A stretch of 64,000 nucleotides of DNA from Podarcis liolepis (taxonomy: Eukaryota): the NCBI GenBank assembly GCA_965112155.1, contig OZ218102.1. One strand, 5' to 3'. The position numbers and the translations under genes are program-made. The notes beneath the pieces are model-generated. The model was not told the origin of the DNA. It saw nothing but the letters and a program-made list of their open reading frames with translations, and did not search any database. Position 1 is the first letter of the stretch. Every line of letters starts with the position of its first letter. Positions 26,674 through 40,456 of this stretch are shown piece after piece.

Positions 26674-29000
26674 CTTACTCCCCCCCCCCCCCCTTTTGAT
26701 GCTGGTTTAGCGTCAGATGTGCTGGAAAGGCCCTCCAACCCCATTTCCTCTCTCCCTGCCTTGCTGTATGAAGGGAAGAGGTGCAAAGCCTTGCTGGGTG
26801 GGAGGTAGCAGGGCTGCCAGTTGTAGCTGCCAGTGCCAGATGTGGACCATCAGCCAAGTCCAGAGTCTGGGGTGGTCACTCTGTTTCACCTCAACCCTCC
26901 ACCAGTGATGGCCCTTCTTTTGGGTGGGTGAACAAGCAACGTAGGTCTGTGTAACACACAGTATCCTTCCCTCCTGTTACTTAGAGCAGTCTTTGATATA
27001 TTAATTCATTAGACTTTCAGAAGTTTATGTACTCGCTGTACAACTAAAGTAGGTGCATTTTACATGTTATGAATGTGTTAGGTCACTTTTGTTTTCCTCA
27101 GCAGATTTTCACAATTAGAGACCTGTTTTATCTTTAGCCATAAAGCCAAGAGTACAAACCACTGAGGGCAAGCATGCAGAAATTCAGATAGATTAGTTAA
27201 TCAGACGGAATAGTTTTTTCTATTATGCAAGACTTTCCCCAAGTCTAGAGCTGCTCTGTTAACATTTCATTAGATGCTTCGCTCTCTTGGGTAATCCCCT
27301 TAATACATAATTTTCTATCCAAGGAGCCTCCCTCGTATGTTGTCTGTGAGGAAATGGGTATGAATATTTCATAAACAAGACAAAGGTGACAGCTAAGGCA
27401 TTTTAGCTGCTATTAAAACAAAAATTAAAAATAAGGCCAGAAACTTGCCAAGTGCAAATTCTATTAAGGGCTTTGGCACTAGAAATATGTTACAGTTTAA
27501 TAGATTATGAGGGCAGAAAAAATGTTTGTGTAATGCTTTCAGCACTTCAAAAAATACCTAAAATACAGTTCTGTATTTAGTATTGATTTCTAGAGGTACT
27601 CAGATTACTTTCCCATGGCAGAATTAACAACAAGCAAGGAACAGACATTACTTTTGCTGCTTCAGAATCTGTAGTGAGCAAAACTGACTTCTGATTGTGG
27701 AGATCTTGGTGGGTCATAGTTAACATGTCAAACAGCACACTGACAAAATGTCTAGGCAGTAATGCGAATGTGCTGCTTCCAACATCTTCAAGATGCCTGC
27801 ATAGAGTTCTCTTCCAGGGAGATGAATGATGCATACTCATAAGATAGAAAGTGGGGAATGAGTAGTTTCTGATACCTTCTCAGCTAACAGTTCAGCATTG
27901 GGGTTCTTTTTCTCATTAGGGGCACAAATCTGCTAGTTTGCAGAGGGTACCATTGCTTACTTATAAGGTGTTGCTGAGTTACACATGCAACTAGGGAAAG
28001 TTTGCAAAGCTTGACATTCTTGTAGGCAAAGCATTATACCTGCTATATTTTAAAACGGAGATTTGTTAGAGCTTAGTTTTTCCAGAAATGTGTGTTTGAA
28101 ATTGTATGTATCCCCCCCCCTTGTATCACACTGCTCAGTATTTTTATTAGTCATTTTGTTGATTCAAATCACTCTTCCGAAGCAGGGCTTACCTAGCACG
28201 TGCCCAGGGCATCTCACGCAAAAGGAAACTTCTCAGTGTATATTTTCAGATTTGTGGCAAGGAAGGAATGCATAGGAAAAAACCTGTCGGAAATAATGCA
28301 ACAGTGAAAGGGGGAGCAGAGAGCTGGCCTAGGCTAAATGCCATGCCTCACATGCCAGGATTATACTCAGAGGATTTGTGCCCATTTCTGCTTCACAAGG
28401 AATGTTGCCAGGCAGAAGAGTTGTTAGTATGCCCATGGTGGGGTTTACTAGCTTCCGCACAGTGTTAGGTGGCTCCTTAACTTTAGGATGAGGAATTTTA
28501 AAAAATTTACACAGCATGAAGTGATTGCCGTTCACTGGGTTTCCCTCCCTTTCTCTGGCAAAAATGTGCATTCCATGACCAGGCTAAGTTGAGGAAGAAG
28601 CTAATGCAGTTTACTCAGAAGATTAGAGGAGCAGTAAAATGCTATTGCTGATACTATGAATTGCTTAATTTCTTTTTGTTTTGGAGCAATTAGAACGTGG
28701 GGAACATACTGAGGTCCTCTTCTATTCTCACTCTCCTTTGAAGGACCCTTTTATCTATTCACCTTTACTTGCAAAAGGGCCATATATTTATTTAGATGCC
28801 TACTATTTTATGAATTGCCATGTGTCTAAAGGCAGTAGTATTATGATGCGGACCCTACAGCATCCCTTTTAAATCTGGTCTAGTCATCCCTTTTCATCTA
28901 CCAAACATAAGAGCTCTACAAGTCTCTCGCAAATCCTTGAATGAAATAGCCATGGCTAAATGAGCAATGCTGCTTTTCTTTCTTCCTTCCTTTCTTTTAG

Positions 29001-29097
29001 GGGACAGTATCTTTTTAAGAACAAGCCGCCCGATGGGATAGCCCCTCCCAACTCCTTCTACAGAGCACTTTATCCCAAAATTATACAGGATATAGAG
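29001..29097 (+). CDS. BTRC: BTRC coding exon (exon 7 equivalent): [32 protein letters not shown]
   Basis: ttttag|G...GAG|gtaag; 97 bp. Confidence 0.97.
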
Positions 29098-30169
29098 GTA
29101 AGAGCCAGAAAAAGGCTATGCAATTGTATGTAAAACCCTCATCTGAGCTCCTTTGTTGTGTGTGAAACAATTCAAATTTCTTGCACAGATGCCAGCCAGT
29201 TATAGCATCCTACGGCATCTACTGTAGAATGAAAGAAAAGCCGAAGGTGATAGTGTGTACATATTTGTACACATTTTCCCTCTGAGTCCTGTTATAAAAA
29301 AACAATTTAGTAGTCTGTCTTTAAGACACTTAGGGGGCCATACAGTATGTACCAGATCCATTGATATTTGGTCTCCCCTTCCTTGAAGGGAGTTGAATGT
29401 TCAGGCACTTTGATTATACCATCTCACCACAATTAAATCTCAGTGTATTATACCATTTCAGTTCAACTTCTATGATTACACTGAATTAAATTTGGCAACC
29501 TTTCCGTTGAAGAAGCATCTCGCAGTGTCACATTTGTGATCAAGGGATGCACAAAGTTCATCACAGTAAGTCTTACCGACTGAAACAACGGTTTGAGCTT
29601 CTCCAAGTGTCACTGAGACCAAATCAAGGCAACCTGCATTTTTTACAGTACCCACTGTTGACCTTAATTCTGGAGAAGCTGTTCCAAAGAAAAGAAGAGA
29701 ATTGCAGCCAGTTCAGCATTCTTGAAGACCACTGAAGGGACAGATACCTGTGGAGCCAACAGTGTGGGGGAAGGGGGAAAACCTACCTAATGGACAGTCA
29801 ACACAAGGGGAAATGAACATCCCGGGTTTTATCCAATGTTAGCCCTACTCAGAGTAGACACACTGAAATGAATGGAACTAATTAGCCCACTAATTTCAGC
29901 TATATTCTAGATATCTGGTGCATTTGCTTTCTTTGTAATAACTAGAATCATCTTAGAGGGATTTGAAACTTTATGGAAGCTAGGGATTGGGAAAGTGGCA
30001 GGGAGAAGGACTTGTCCCTTTTCCTTCTAGCTTGCTCTGGGACTATCTAATGATAAATGATTTCAGCATCAGAGCTGCTGCTGTTGTCCCAGGAGTCCAG
30101 CAGGCTTTATTGGTGCAAAATTTCCTTGATGTTTGTTCCACACTTTATAATTGTTTCTCTCTCCCCCAG

Positions 30170-30307
30170 ACAATAGAATCAAACTGGCGGTGTGGAAGGC
30201 ACAGCTTACAGCGAATCCACTGCCGAAGTGAAACAAGCAAAGGGGTTTATTGTTTACAATATGATGATCAGAAGATAGTAAGTGGCCTCCGAGACAATAC
30301 CATCAAG
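30170..30307 (+). CDS. BTRC: BTRC coding exon (exon 8 equivalent): [48 protein letters not shown]40-1
   Basis: ccccag|ACA...AAG|gtgag; 138 bp. Confidence 0.97.
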
Positions 30308-30837
30308 GTGAGAGCTCCCCAGTGGGCAATGATTGAACACAAAATCCTTTCCCCAGAAGAATGCAGGTGTAACTTCATTTAGGAGGACTAATGCAAGAGA
30401 GAAACTGAGAAGGATGAGGTTAATCCTTGTCTTCCTTTCCCTCCCCTCGTGCCCCCCATCAAGTCTGACTATGAATTGCATTGGTTTTCCTCCCTTTCTT
30501 CCAAACAAGGAGGATAAATCTATATTATCTGTTTCATTTTCTTGCATTCTGTTCAGTGCTAGCCACGTTATTGGTCCTTCAGTAATTAAAGTCTTCCTGT
30601 TCCCTAATGAGAAGGGTAAAGACTATGTTCATATTAAAAACAGAGATATTAAGGATAGTTTATATTGCTCCAAAGTGCCTGTGGAATACAAAGTGCACTG
30701 TGTGCCACTTAGAAGAAGTTCTGCTCGCCTTAGTAAATAAAATGCTGTGTTACAGAAAAACAAAAGAGCCAGTCTAGCAATACAATCTGTTTACCTTGTG
30801 GTGAAATCCCAAATGTGTGCCCTTTTTGCCTTCCTAG

Positions 30838-30956
30838 ATTTGGGACAAGAATACGCTAGAATGCAAGAGGGTTCTGACTGGACACACGGGGTCAGTCCTT
30901 TGCCTCCAGTATGATGAGCGGGTGATCATCACTGGATCATCGGATTCCACTGTCAG
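30838..30956 (+). CDS. BTRC: BTRC coding exon (exon 9 equivalent): [42 protein letters not shown]40-2
   Basis: tcctag|ATT...AG|gtag; 119 bp. Confidence 0.97.
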
Positions 30957-32458
30957 GTAGCTATTTATTTATTGAGAATGTTTATATTCTGCCTTTCTAA
31001 CAAATACAGGCCTCCAAGGCAGTTTACCCCATAATTAAAACAATCCATTTTAGTGAAAAAATATATAAAAGGCAGAGAATAGAGCCAACAGTCAATAAGC
31101 AAAAAAATTAAACAGAAAGCAGTTAACCAACCAGATACCTCTAAAAGCTTTTGAAAATTAAGCCTAAAAGTTAACAGTTTGCATGCAGTGTCAAACCATA
31201 GTTTGGAATAAATTATATTGAGATTGGGGGATTATATGATGAGTGTCTTGGCTACCATTCTACTCCTAATGCTCAAGAAGAGGTTGCAAGTAAGAAAGAT
31301 GGATTTGCTCCACAAGCCCTATTCAAATTCTGCCCTCAAAACAGAAATGGTGGAAGACATGCACAAGGAATGGAAGGCTGTTTCTATGTTTTTGTAAAGA
31401 TAGCCTTCAGAGTCAGCAATTTAAACCCTTGATTCCAGGGTTATCCACACACACACACACACATACACCTGTCCTTGGGAAAAGATAGCTGTCAGCACGT
31501 TTTATTGAGCATACAGATTCTGCTTGCATGAAATATCCAATTAAACTGTTTCTTGTTTAGCAGGAATATTTTAAATTCCTTAATACCAGCCATTAATATA
31601 TTATACAATGCTTTAGCAGGACAAAAGGAATATTTCAAATTGTGGATGCTACGTGACATTTTTTATTGCTCAGGAATTGTTCAAGTCCTGCGGCCTAGAA
31701 TTTTTTTAAAAACAGTTACAAGAAAGAGCAGCATATTTGGTGCAGGGGTAATTCTGTGTTGGGAGTAAATGATCCATTTTGGAGGCTTTGCTGATTTGGA
31801 GTGTGTTAATATGGATTATTTGAAAGCTAAGAAGAGTGAAATGTGCTGAGGAAGGACCTGCCTTTTGATAAACTTTGCCCTTGTTCTTTTTAGACATGAT
31901 TTTTAAAACAAAGGTGGAAGCGCTCCGCAAACTAAATTCTGTACTAGTTTAGATGTTGCATTACGCCCACAAGCACAGAAACTCAGCACATGCAGCAGAA
32001 GGTTTCAGTCCTCAGATCTTCTTTCTTGTTAAATCCTTTTGTTTTGAGGTTCTTGCTTTTTCTTACTCTGTTTGGACATTACAGTGTTAACTTTTGTTTG
32101 TTGGACTCTGTAGCTGTGCTGTTGACTAAACCCAAAGGAGGACAGTTTGCTTCAAATTGCAGCCAAGCCCAAGATTCACAGTGTGACACTGAGCAAATTA
32201 CACATTTTCTCATTTTCAGTTCCCCATCTGTAAAATGGATATAATAATGTCCCACCATACAAAGTTGCTGGGAGGAAGAATTAGATTCTTATTGAAATAC
32301 TATTTGAATTTACCAAATTAGGCGGAGAGACTTACTTATTTAGCACATCTTTTACAGGAATGTTTGGCATATTTCCCCCTTCTGCTTAATAATGGAAAAT
32401 CTTAAAACATCTCTCTCTTCCCCTTCCCTACTTTTCTCTCTTCTGCCACAAATTCCAG

Positions 32459-32708
32459 AGTGTGGGATGTAAATACGGGTGAGATGCTGAACACCCTGAT
32501 CCATCATTGTGAAGCAGTACTGCACCTACGTTTTAATAATGGCATGATGGTGACATGCTCCAAAGATCGGTCCATTGCCGTGTGGGACATGGCCTCCCCA
32601 ACAGACATCACACTACGAAGGGTACTGGTTGGACACAGGGCAGCCGTCAATGTGGTCGACTTCGATGACAAATACATTGTATCAGCATCGGGGGACAGAA
32701 CGATTAAG
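32459..32708 (+). CDS. BTRC: BTRC coding exon (exon 10 equivalent): [16 protein letters not shown]...[11 protein letters not shown]40-3/4
   Basis: ttccag|A...AAG|gtgcaa; 250 bp; overlaps ORF 32460..32729. Confidence 0.97.
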
Positions 32709-33048
32709 GTGCAAACCATGAAGTCATGATGACATTGGACATTTGTTTTATTTATTTCTTTTTCGCAATACGTTTATACTACCTTCATCAGGGGGGCATG
32801 GTTCCCTTCTTCACACACACTTTGATTCTCATCATCATGCTGTTAGTGTAGATTGGGCTGAGAGGGTGGGTGACTGGCTTAAGGCCATCCTTTTAGTTTC
32901 ATGCCTGAGTGGGAATCCAGAGCCTCCTAGTCTTTAATCCAACACTCAGACCATCATACCACACTGTCTCCCATCCACAATCTGTGACTTTCTCATAAAC
33001 ATCCCTGTCCATTGTTTCCTTCTATATGTACTTGTGTCTCTCTTACAG

Positions 33049-33167
33049 GTCTGGAACACAAGTACCTGTGAGTTTGTGCGTACGTTGAATGGCCACAAGC
33101 GAGGTATTGCATGTCTACAGTACAGAGACAGACTAGTAGTGAGTGGTTCATCAGATAATACAATCAG
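33049..33167 (+). CDS. BTRC: BTRC coding exon (exon 11 equivalent): [42 protein letters not shown]40-5
   Basis: ttacag|GTC...AG|gtaag; 119 bp. Confidence 0.97.
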
Positions 33168-36100
33168 GTAAGAAACACAGCAGTTACCTGAACAGCATGC
33201 TGCCTCTCTCAGAGCCAAACCATACATTACACTTCAGTGTTTGCAGTCTTCTCAAATGGCCATTTTTTCACAAAATGCCAATTTGAGACAAAGCAGTGGT
33301 GAAGGTGTACTTAAACATGTTCTTGTCTGTTCCCACTCCAAAGGCCCTGCTCCAGCACCTTATGGTTTAAAAAGAAGCAGTCAGTATTAGACTAATGTTG
33401 CATGCAGTTGTAATGCAATTGTAAAGCACATCCACATGCCCTCTACTTATTAAACTGAGATTGTACTGCTTCTGATTGCACGTAAAGGATTGCACTTCTG
33501 AATTCTCCCCCGCATACAAAACACAATAAGCTTTTTCCTTTTAAAAACAAACTAGTATACCAGATAGAGGCCTGTTCCAGTGCCTTTGTCCTGTTTTTTT
33601 AAAAAATAAAATAAAATTGGGGGAAGATGGTTCATTATTATTTTTGGTTAAATGTAGGGGAGCACTCAAGACAGGTATCCCTCACCTGCTGTTTGAAGTG
33701 ATGTGGCTCACACTAGCTCTTCAGGATTATACCACTTTACTCTGTGGTGCATGTAAACCAGGCCTCGTTGTTACTAAATAAGGTTTTAAAAAGGCAGGGG
33801 GTGCCATATACCTAGAAATGTCAAGATCCACCAAAATTCTGAGTTCAAAGTGAATTCAATATATATATATATTTATTTAATTCACATAAAACAGCTGAAT
33901 TAAATATTTGAAGTCTTGCCAAGGAAATCTTAGAAAGAGCAGCCACCAGGAATAGAAATTACTCAGCTTTGTAGAAAATTTTCAAAAATCAAAAGTCTGC
34001 ACTCTATTCCATGTATTCTTAAAATTGCCACAGCCCTGACAGCAGAGTAAAATGTGTGTTCTAAAATGCTTCTGTAAGAAGGAAAAGCTTTTGTCGTTGC
34101 CTCAGTTTCCCAGAGTTTAAAGCTTTCAAATCATCAATGAGCAAAGATAATCCATTATTAGTACTACATATAGTTTTATTTTGCATAAATATTTATCTCC
34201 TTTTTTAACACAGCTGCTATTTAGATTTTTGTATTCTGCAAGAGCTAACAGCAAACAGTAATAATTGTTTAACTTCTCAAAATGTAGTATGTGAAAGCAC
34301 TGGCATGGACTGTTATAAAGGCTGCTTATGGTTTGTGTCTCTGCTTAGAAGAGTTGGATTTGCAACAAGAGGTTTTTAATCCAACCCCCAAACAGTGCTG
34401 GGGTTTTGCCAACCAAGTTTTTCTCATGGTGCTTAGCCTCAGGCACCATTTGTAACAGGTGGCCTGGACTCATGGAGTCTGCTTGCTGTCCCTTGGTTGG
34501 AAACGTTCCAAGCAGTGATCCATCCCATAATACAATGAACTATGTATTTTTGCGTTGGATGAAATTTGACAGTTTTTAGAGGGCAAAGTATAATAATATC
34601 ATTGAAAGCCACTGATTGGTCAGAATTGAGTAGGAAGTACTGTCTTCCTGTACTCTTCTATGGACCTCATCCTTACTCATTTAAAGCTATACAAGTTGTT
34701 GTTTTTGTCAACTATGGTGATGAGTTGCCTCTATAGCCATGAGCTGCTTCATGGTTCAATCATCTTGTCAATGCAAATATTTGTGCACTTGCTTAAAGGG
34801 TTTCTTCCGTTCATGTGCTCTCCTTTCCTGCAAGAAATAAAGTGTCAGCCCAATCCTCATTCTTTTTTAATCGAAAGCTTTGGTCATAGCAGTTTGAGCA
34901 CCGACTCACATGGACAGTGCATTGACAATCTGCTTTTTAAATTGTCCTCAGCAACAATTCAAGCAAGACAAAAGTTGCCATACTCCTAAAGCTATACAGG
35001 GAGTATAGGGAGTGTGCAGATATTAAAAAATGGGTAAAGGATCCCTCTTAATCAGACCAACAGAGCTCACTCAAATTAATGGTATCATCTTTCCTCATCC
35101 GTTGTGCATAATTCTCCGGGTCCAAGGTCAAATGTATGGAATCACTGTGTGTCCAAATAAAGATACAAAACAAAGAAACAATTCCTTTCATTAAGGGACT
35201 TAAGAGGCTGGTAATTGACTAGTGTAGCTTTTAGAGAAAGCTAGTTACTGAAGGTAATTGCAATAACATGAGTAATGAAAACAAACAAGTCAGGGTACTG
35301 CAGCAGACAATTTAAATGAGAGACATGGGGAATTGTAAGGGGACAGTTGAAGCCATTAACCAATTATCACCTTCACTCAACAGCTGCATTCTATTTAACG
35401 CCTTGTAAAGATCAAAAGATTTGCAAATAACACCATGGCTTTGCTTGAGGGGAAAAACCAGGGCACACATACATTGGGGGGGGGGTTGGGGGTGCCTTCA
35501 TGGTATGGCTAAACAAAAGATAAGACAAACCCGTGTTTTGAGAAAAAATTGAGTTTAAATGAGTTTAAACTTGGATCCAGCACTCTACTGTCCACCGCTT
35601 CCATAAGAAATAGCAACATCAAAGACAATCTAAAAAGCATACAATTCGGAAGGCACAAACATCGACAGTAATCCAAACAGGAAATAGTTAAACTCTGCAG
35701 AGCTTGGAAAAGTAACCACAAATACTACACACAGTAATAACCAACAAATATAAATGTCAATATGGTAATAAATTTAAAGAGGAATACAATTACTTTTATG
35801 CTTACACTGAATAAAATCCTTGTGCTGGAATTTTTGCAGTGGTTGGCAACATATCTCAGCAGAATGCAGGTTAGGTGCACAGTTGGCCAACAAGTTCCCA
35901 AAGATCAGTTTTCAAAACTGGCTTGGGGTGGCTGTTTCCCCCATCCTCCTCTCCTGTATTTTCAGTGTAGAGTGTAAACCACCTGCGCACAAACTGTCTT
36001 TTGTGTTCTGTGCAGCAATTCCCATTTGGTCAGTGGGTAATCACAAAAGGTTTAGCATCGACACTGTGGAATGAAGTAGGATTATTTCAAATAGCAACTG

Positions 36101-37006
36101 TAACCAGTAGGTGGGAAACCTATTGTGATATTGTCCTTCCTATTTAATTGTAACTCGGATGAACAAGCATAGGATCCAGCATGGCTTCACAAATTATTGT
36201 GCAGTTTTCTTTTGGAGGTGATAGGGGGTGACACTGTTTAAATTTGCCTATATCATGTGCTCTTTCCACACAGAAAAGCAAGGACATTTTTCACCTTCTG
36301 TTAGCAACCACTTTGTCAGTGTAATGTGAAACATGCTTTAATTGACTGAGGCATTTCCTGTTTAATCAGTAGGAAAAAACAGCTGCCTATGGGTTAAGCT
36401 AGATGTTACAGCAGTAGAGAGGCACATGTGTAATAGTTATGCCACATTCACAATTAGGGCACTATGATAGCACTTTAAACAGTCATGACAGTCTCCTAAC
36501 AAATACCCATATTTAGTGCATTTTGGTAAACTGTTTTCAGAGGTTACCAAGATGTGTTGAGAAGTGGCAGGTTTTTTCTAAGAAGCTAATATTTCAGATG
36601 CAATGTGAAGGAAATACGTTTCTGGTAACCACCTGATTTTCTTCTATAGCACAGGAAGGATTTCATTTTTTCTGCAACAAGCAATCTTATCTCTTCAAGT
36701 TGACACAGGCCCCTATCTCCATGCTATCTATAATTTGTTGTCTCTTATGTAGCCCAAACAACATTCAGGCAGTAATTCAGAAATAACACTACTACTCATA
36801 AATGTACAGTATTGGAAATGAAAACAGTAGAGTTTCACATTGAAATTTGTAATTTTCTAGATACAAAATGTGAATTTAGGAAGAAATTGGGAGATTCTTC
36901 AGAGTTCTCCCCTTCCTGGATAAATAGGCAGGTTCTATTTGCAATTTGTATTTCCAAAACATTTTTCTATGGCAATTGCATAATGATTGTTTGCCTTGTC
37001 TTCTAG

Positions 37007-37117
37007 GTTATGGGACATTGAATGTGGGGCATGTTTGCGAGTTCTGGAAGGCCATGAAGAGCTGGTGAGATGTATTCGCTTTGATACCAAGAGGATAGTC
37101 AGTGGAGCCTATGATGG
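37007..37117 (+). CDS. BTRC: BTRC coding exon (exon 12 equivalent): [39 protein letters not shown]40-6
   Basis: ttctag|G...GG|gtgag; 111 bp. Confidence 0.97.
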
Positions 37118-37917
37118 GTGAGAATTTATTATTAATTTATTAATTAAATTTCTATCCTGCCTTTCATCCAAGGATCACAGAGCAGTTTACAAATTTAGAG
37201 ATGAAATAGAGATGTCTAGAGTCTCTCTCCCACCCACCACAAACTGACTGTTACCCTGAAGGCTAGAAAATTAGAAATGCCTTACTCTGACAGATCCAGT
37301 GCTTCACTGAGCAAGTAACCTGTTTGCAATTTGGATTTTCAGAAGAAAGAGAGACTCAATTTTCCCCATTCAGCATTACAAATATAAAATGCAAGAAGAA
37401 CAGATACTAGTAGTATTTAAAGGAGGAGATATTAAAATACATTGCAGGTTCTGCAGACAACCACTTATAGTAGCAATCAAATTTGCTTTCCTGCTGGCCT
37501 CATTTGGATAAGTGGAAGATAGAATTTGCTTATAAAAGTCCCATTAACAGGACCTAAAATAAAAGACATGCTTGGTGAGGTAAACACTACTTGGATTCAC
37601 CAAATTATACATGTTATTACTATTACTGAAGTCATATCACAGTACAATACAGTGTAACGTTTATCATTCCTTCCATTATAATTGATGTCACCTCTTTAGT
37701 TTTAATTTATCTTTATGTTAACCATACACTTCCCATTAAGATCTGTTATCTTCATATCAACCATACTACCTCCAGCCAACACAAGAGAAAACAGCAAAGC
37801 CAAGTTGCAAAACCAGATGCACATCTATTTTTTTCTCCATGAAATAGATTGATCAGCTGAGATGGATTAATAACTCAGTTTTTTAATATAATGTAGTGCT
37901 TGCACTTACTTTTTAAT

Positions 37918-38124
37918 AAAAAAAATTCCTTCCAGTAGCACCTTAAAGACCAACTAAGTTAGTTCTTGGTATGAGCTTTCGTGTGCAAGCACACTTCTTC
38001 AGACTTCTTCACACTTCTTGCACACGAAAGCTCATACCAAGAACTAACTTAGTTGGTCTTTAAGGTGCTACTGGAAGGAATTTTTTTGTTTTGACTATAG
38101 CAGACCAACACGGCTACCTATCTG
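37918..38124 (-). mobile_element. Palindromic Penelope-like retroelement fragment, copy 1 (BTRC intron 12)
   Basis: Perfect 71-bp inverted arms 37919-37989 / 38017-38087; 12-bp TSD TTACTTTTTAAT at 37906 and 38125; hammerhead core on the minus strand at 37967-38002. Confidence 0.85.
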
Positions 38125-38172
38125 TTACTTTTTAATGAAACTCTGGTTCTTTCTTCTTTTTCGTGCCACCAG

Positions 38173-38251
38173 GAAAATTAAGGTGTGGGATCTGGTAGCT
38201 GCCCTGGACCCTCGTGCCCCTGCTGGAACCCTCTGCCTGCGCACTCTTGTG
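38173..38251 (+). CDS. BTRC: BTRC coding exon (exon 13 equivalent): [26 protein letters not shown]
   Basis: caccag|G...GTG|gtaag; 79 bp; [11 protein letters not shown] is the BTRC-type sequence. Confidence 0.97.
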
Positions 38252-39505
38252 GTAAGAGCTTTTGATTGATCTCGGGTGGGAGGGAATATATTTACCCAGT
38301 ATTAATACATAATAAAACTTCACCTGGATTGTCAAATGAGAGTTAGACTAAAATATGCTCCTCCTTAGCCATGCCACCAAATCTAATCCATTAAAGAATG
38401 CTGCTTTTTGTAAGCTTGCATCGTATGCAAAAGAAGTCCTAATATAGGTTTGTCTTGAATTTGCCTTGCCTTAAAACTATACCTTAAAGTGGAGAATAAG
38501 CAGAATACAAAGACTCTAATGGTGGCATTGAGCTTGTGTGCTCTGTGGCAGATGTGTCCATTGTTGTAGCAATGCAGTTGTGCTTTTTCCAAACTAATTC
38601 ACACGGTATAGGCCAGCTCAACTCCTTCTGCCTGATATATACAGTTGTGCTGCTTTATAGAGAACATAGGACCCAGAGGATAAGTGAAAAAGCAGCCACC
38701 TTGTTTCGTTGTTCTGATCCTAGAGGACCAAATATATGAAGTGGTGTAGAATTCATTAAGCCTTAATGAGGTGCTGGGGGAGTCAGTGCTCATTACCCCT
38801 GAGTGACTATGTTCACACTTCAGCTGAGACTGACTTGTGAATCCTGCTGCTCGTGGCTAAACCACCACTGTAAACAAACCCTAAGATTTCACTGCCTCAT
38901 TAAAGTTGTGTCTGATACTCTTACCTTCAAAAGGGTGAGCAGAAACAGGCAAGTTTTAGGTGCTTGCAAACTGGGGAAATGTAACATTTGCTGTTTTGCT
39001 GCATCTCCTCAGGATCTAAAATTAAACCTGTCTTTGCAATGAATGCAGCATAGTGTGTGCCGTTTTATTCTCAATTTCCAGATGATAAGAGGAAAGGCCA
39101 CATAATAAATACTCATTTCACATAAGAGAGTAAGAAATGCTCTGTTGGATCAGAACAAGGATTTGTCTAGTCCAGCATCCTGTTTTCACCAGTGGCCAGC
39201 CAGATTGGACTAGAATGGCCACAAATGGGGGGGGGGGAGCAACAACTAACTTTTCTAAGTGCCCTCCTCCATCAAGTATTCCCAGCTTCTGGTATTTAGA
39301 GGTTGAACATGAGTGCAAACCTTTTCCTGATTTTTTTGTTTGTTAGGTAATGAAAGGACTGCTTGTTTGTGCAGTTGGTTCTTTAGGAGGAGATGTATAC
39401 TTCTGTATTAAAACCTCACATTTCTGCAATCAGAAACATACAGTGCTAAGATCACAGCAACCCTTAATGCTTCTGAATTTGACTTGTCTCCCTTTCCCCA
39501 TCCAG

Positions 39506-39667
39506 GAGCACTCCGGCAGAGTTTTCCGGCTCCAGTTTGACGAATTTCAAATAGTTAGCAGCTCGCATGATGATACCATCCTCATCTGGGACTTCCTGAA
39601 TGATCCAGCTACCCAAGCAGAATCTAACCGCTCCCCTTCCAGAACATACACTTACATCTCCAGATAA
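39506..39667 (+). CDS. BTRC: BTRC last coding exon: [53 protein letters not shown]-stop (exon continues as UTR to 39699)
   Basis: atccag|GAG; TAA at 39665-39667; characteristic C-terminus [11 protein letters not shown]; donor CAG|gtaaa at 39700. Confidence 0.97.
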   Translation, partial: EHSGRVFRLQFDEFQIVSSSHDDTILIWDFLNDPATQAESNRSPSRTYTYISR

Positions 39668-40456
39668 ATAGCACTACACTGTACCTCACACTTGCACAGG
39701 TAAAAAAACAACAACAACACGTTAATGCAGCAGGCAGGCTGCATGGTGGATAGACATGATTTGTGAATGGAGGTTTTGCTGGTTCCTTAACTGAGAGTAT
39801 TACTGAAAGCCACTGCAGATAAAGGGAAGTAGGGTGACAAGGGTGGTTCTGTCCTTTGGCTTCTCAGAACTTCCTTGCCTGTAGGAGCATTAGGAAGAAA
39901 TGGCCTTGTAACTGCAGTGGACCAAGAATGAATTAATTTAAATGAGCACAAGCTGAGGAGAGAACGAAAATGAAGTTTGTAATGGATAACCACTTCTTAC
40001 TCTAGCACTCTACCTGGGAGGTGCAGTTTTCCTACCTCAGCCAAGGATCAGAAACAAGTGATCAGGAAACAGGAAGGAATGTTGTGCTCCTCAAGTGCTC
40101 AACCGTCACCCGTACTTTTGAAACATCAGAGTGCTCCATCCAGTTTCCTGGGCACTCCAATCAGCCCCTTGCCACTTCTCAGCACTACTGCCACCTGCAA
40201 CAGAAACAATGTGGAGGTGCTGTCACGGTCTCTCCCCAAGATAATTTGGGTTTTCCCTCCTTGCCACCGCCACCTGAACGTTAACAATAACTTGGGAAAC
40301 AGATCACATACACAGGCTGAGGGTTCACACACACACCCCAACAAAGATGTATCCATTTTGAAAAATCTAGATTGCCTATAATCATCTTTTGACGGTTTAT
40401 AAAATTTCACTAGCAAAAATGTGGATGACAAATAGTTCTTGTCTTTTCTTTCCTAG

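Noticed and set aside
32761-32796. Minus-strand CUGAUGA...stem...GAAA hammerhead-like string
   Set aside because: After GAAA there is only A-rich sequence: no stem III, cleavage triplet or stem I partner.
37919-38087. miRNA precursor or DNA MITE interpretation of the long hairpin
   Set aside because: The 12-bp TSD, asymmetric tail, copy-specific junction and hammerhead core fit a Penelope-like retro-insertion better.
22035-39667. FBXW11 (beta-TrCP2) as the gene identity
   Set aside because: [32 protein letters not shown] and [11 protein letters not shown] match BTRC rather than FBXW11.
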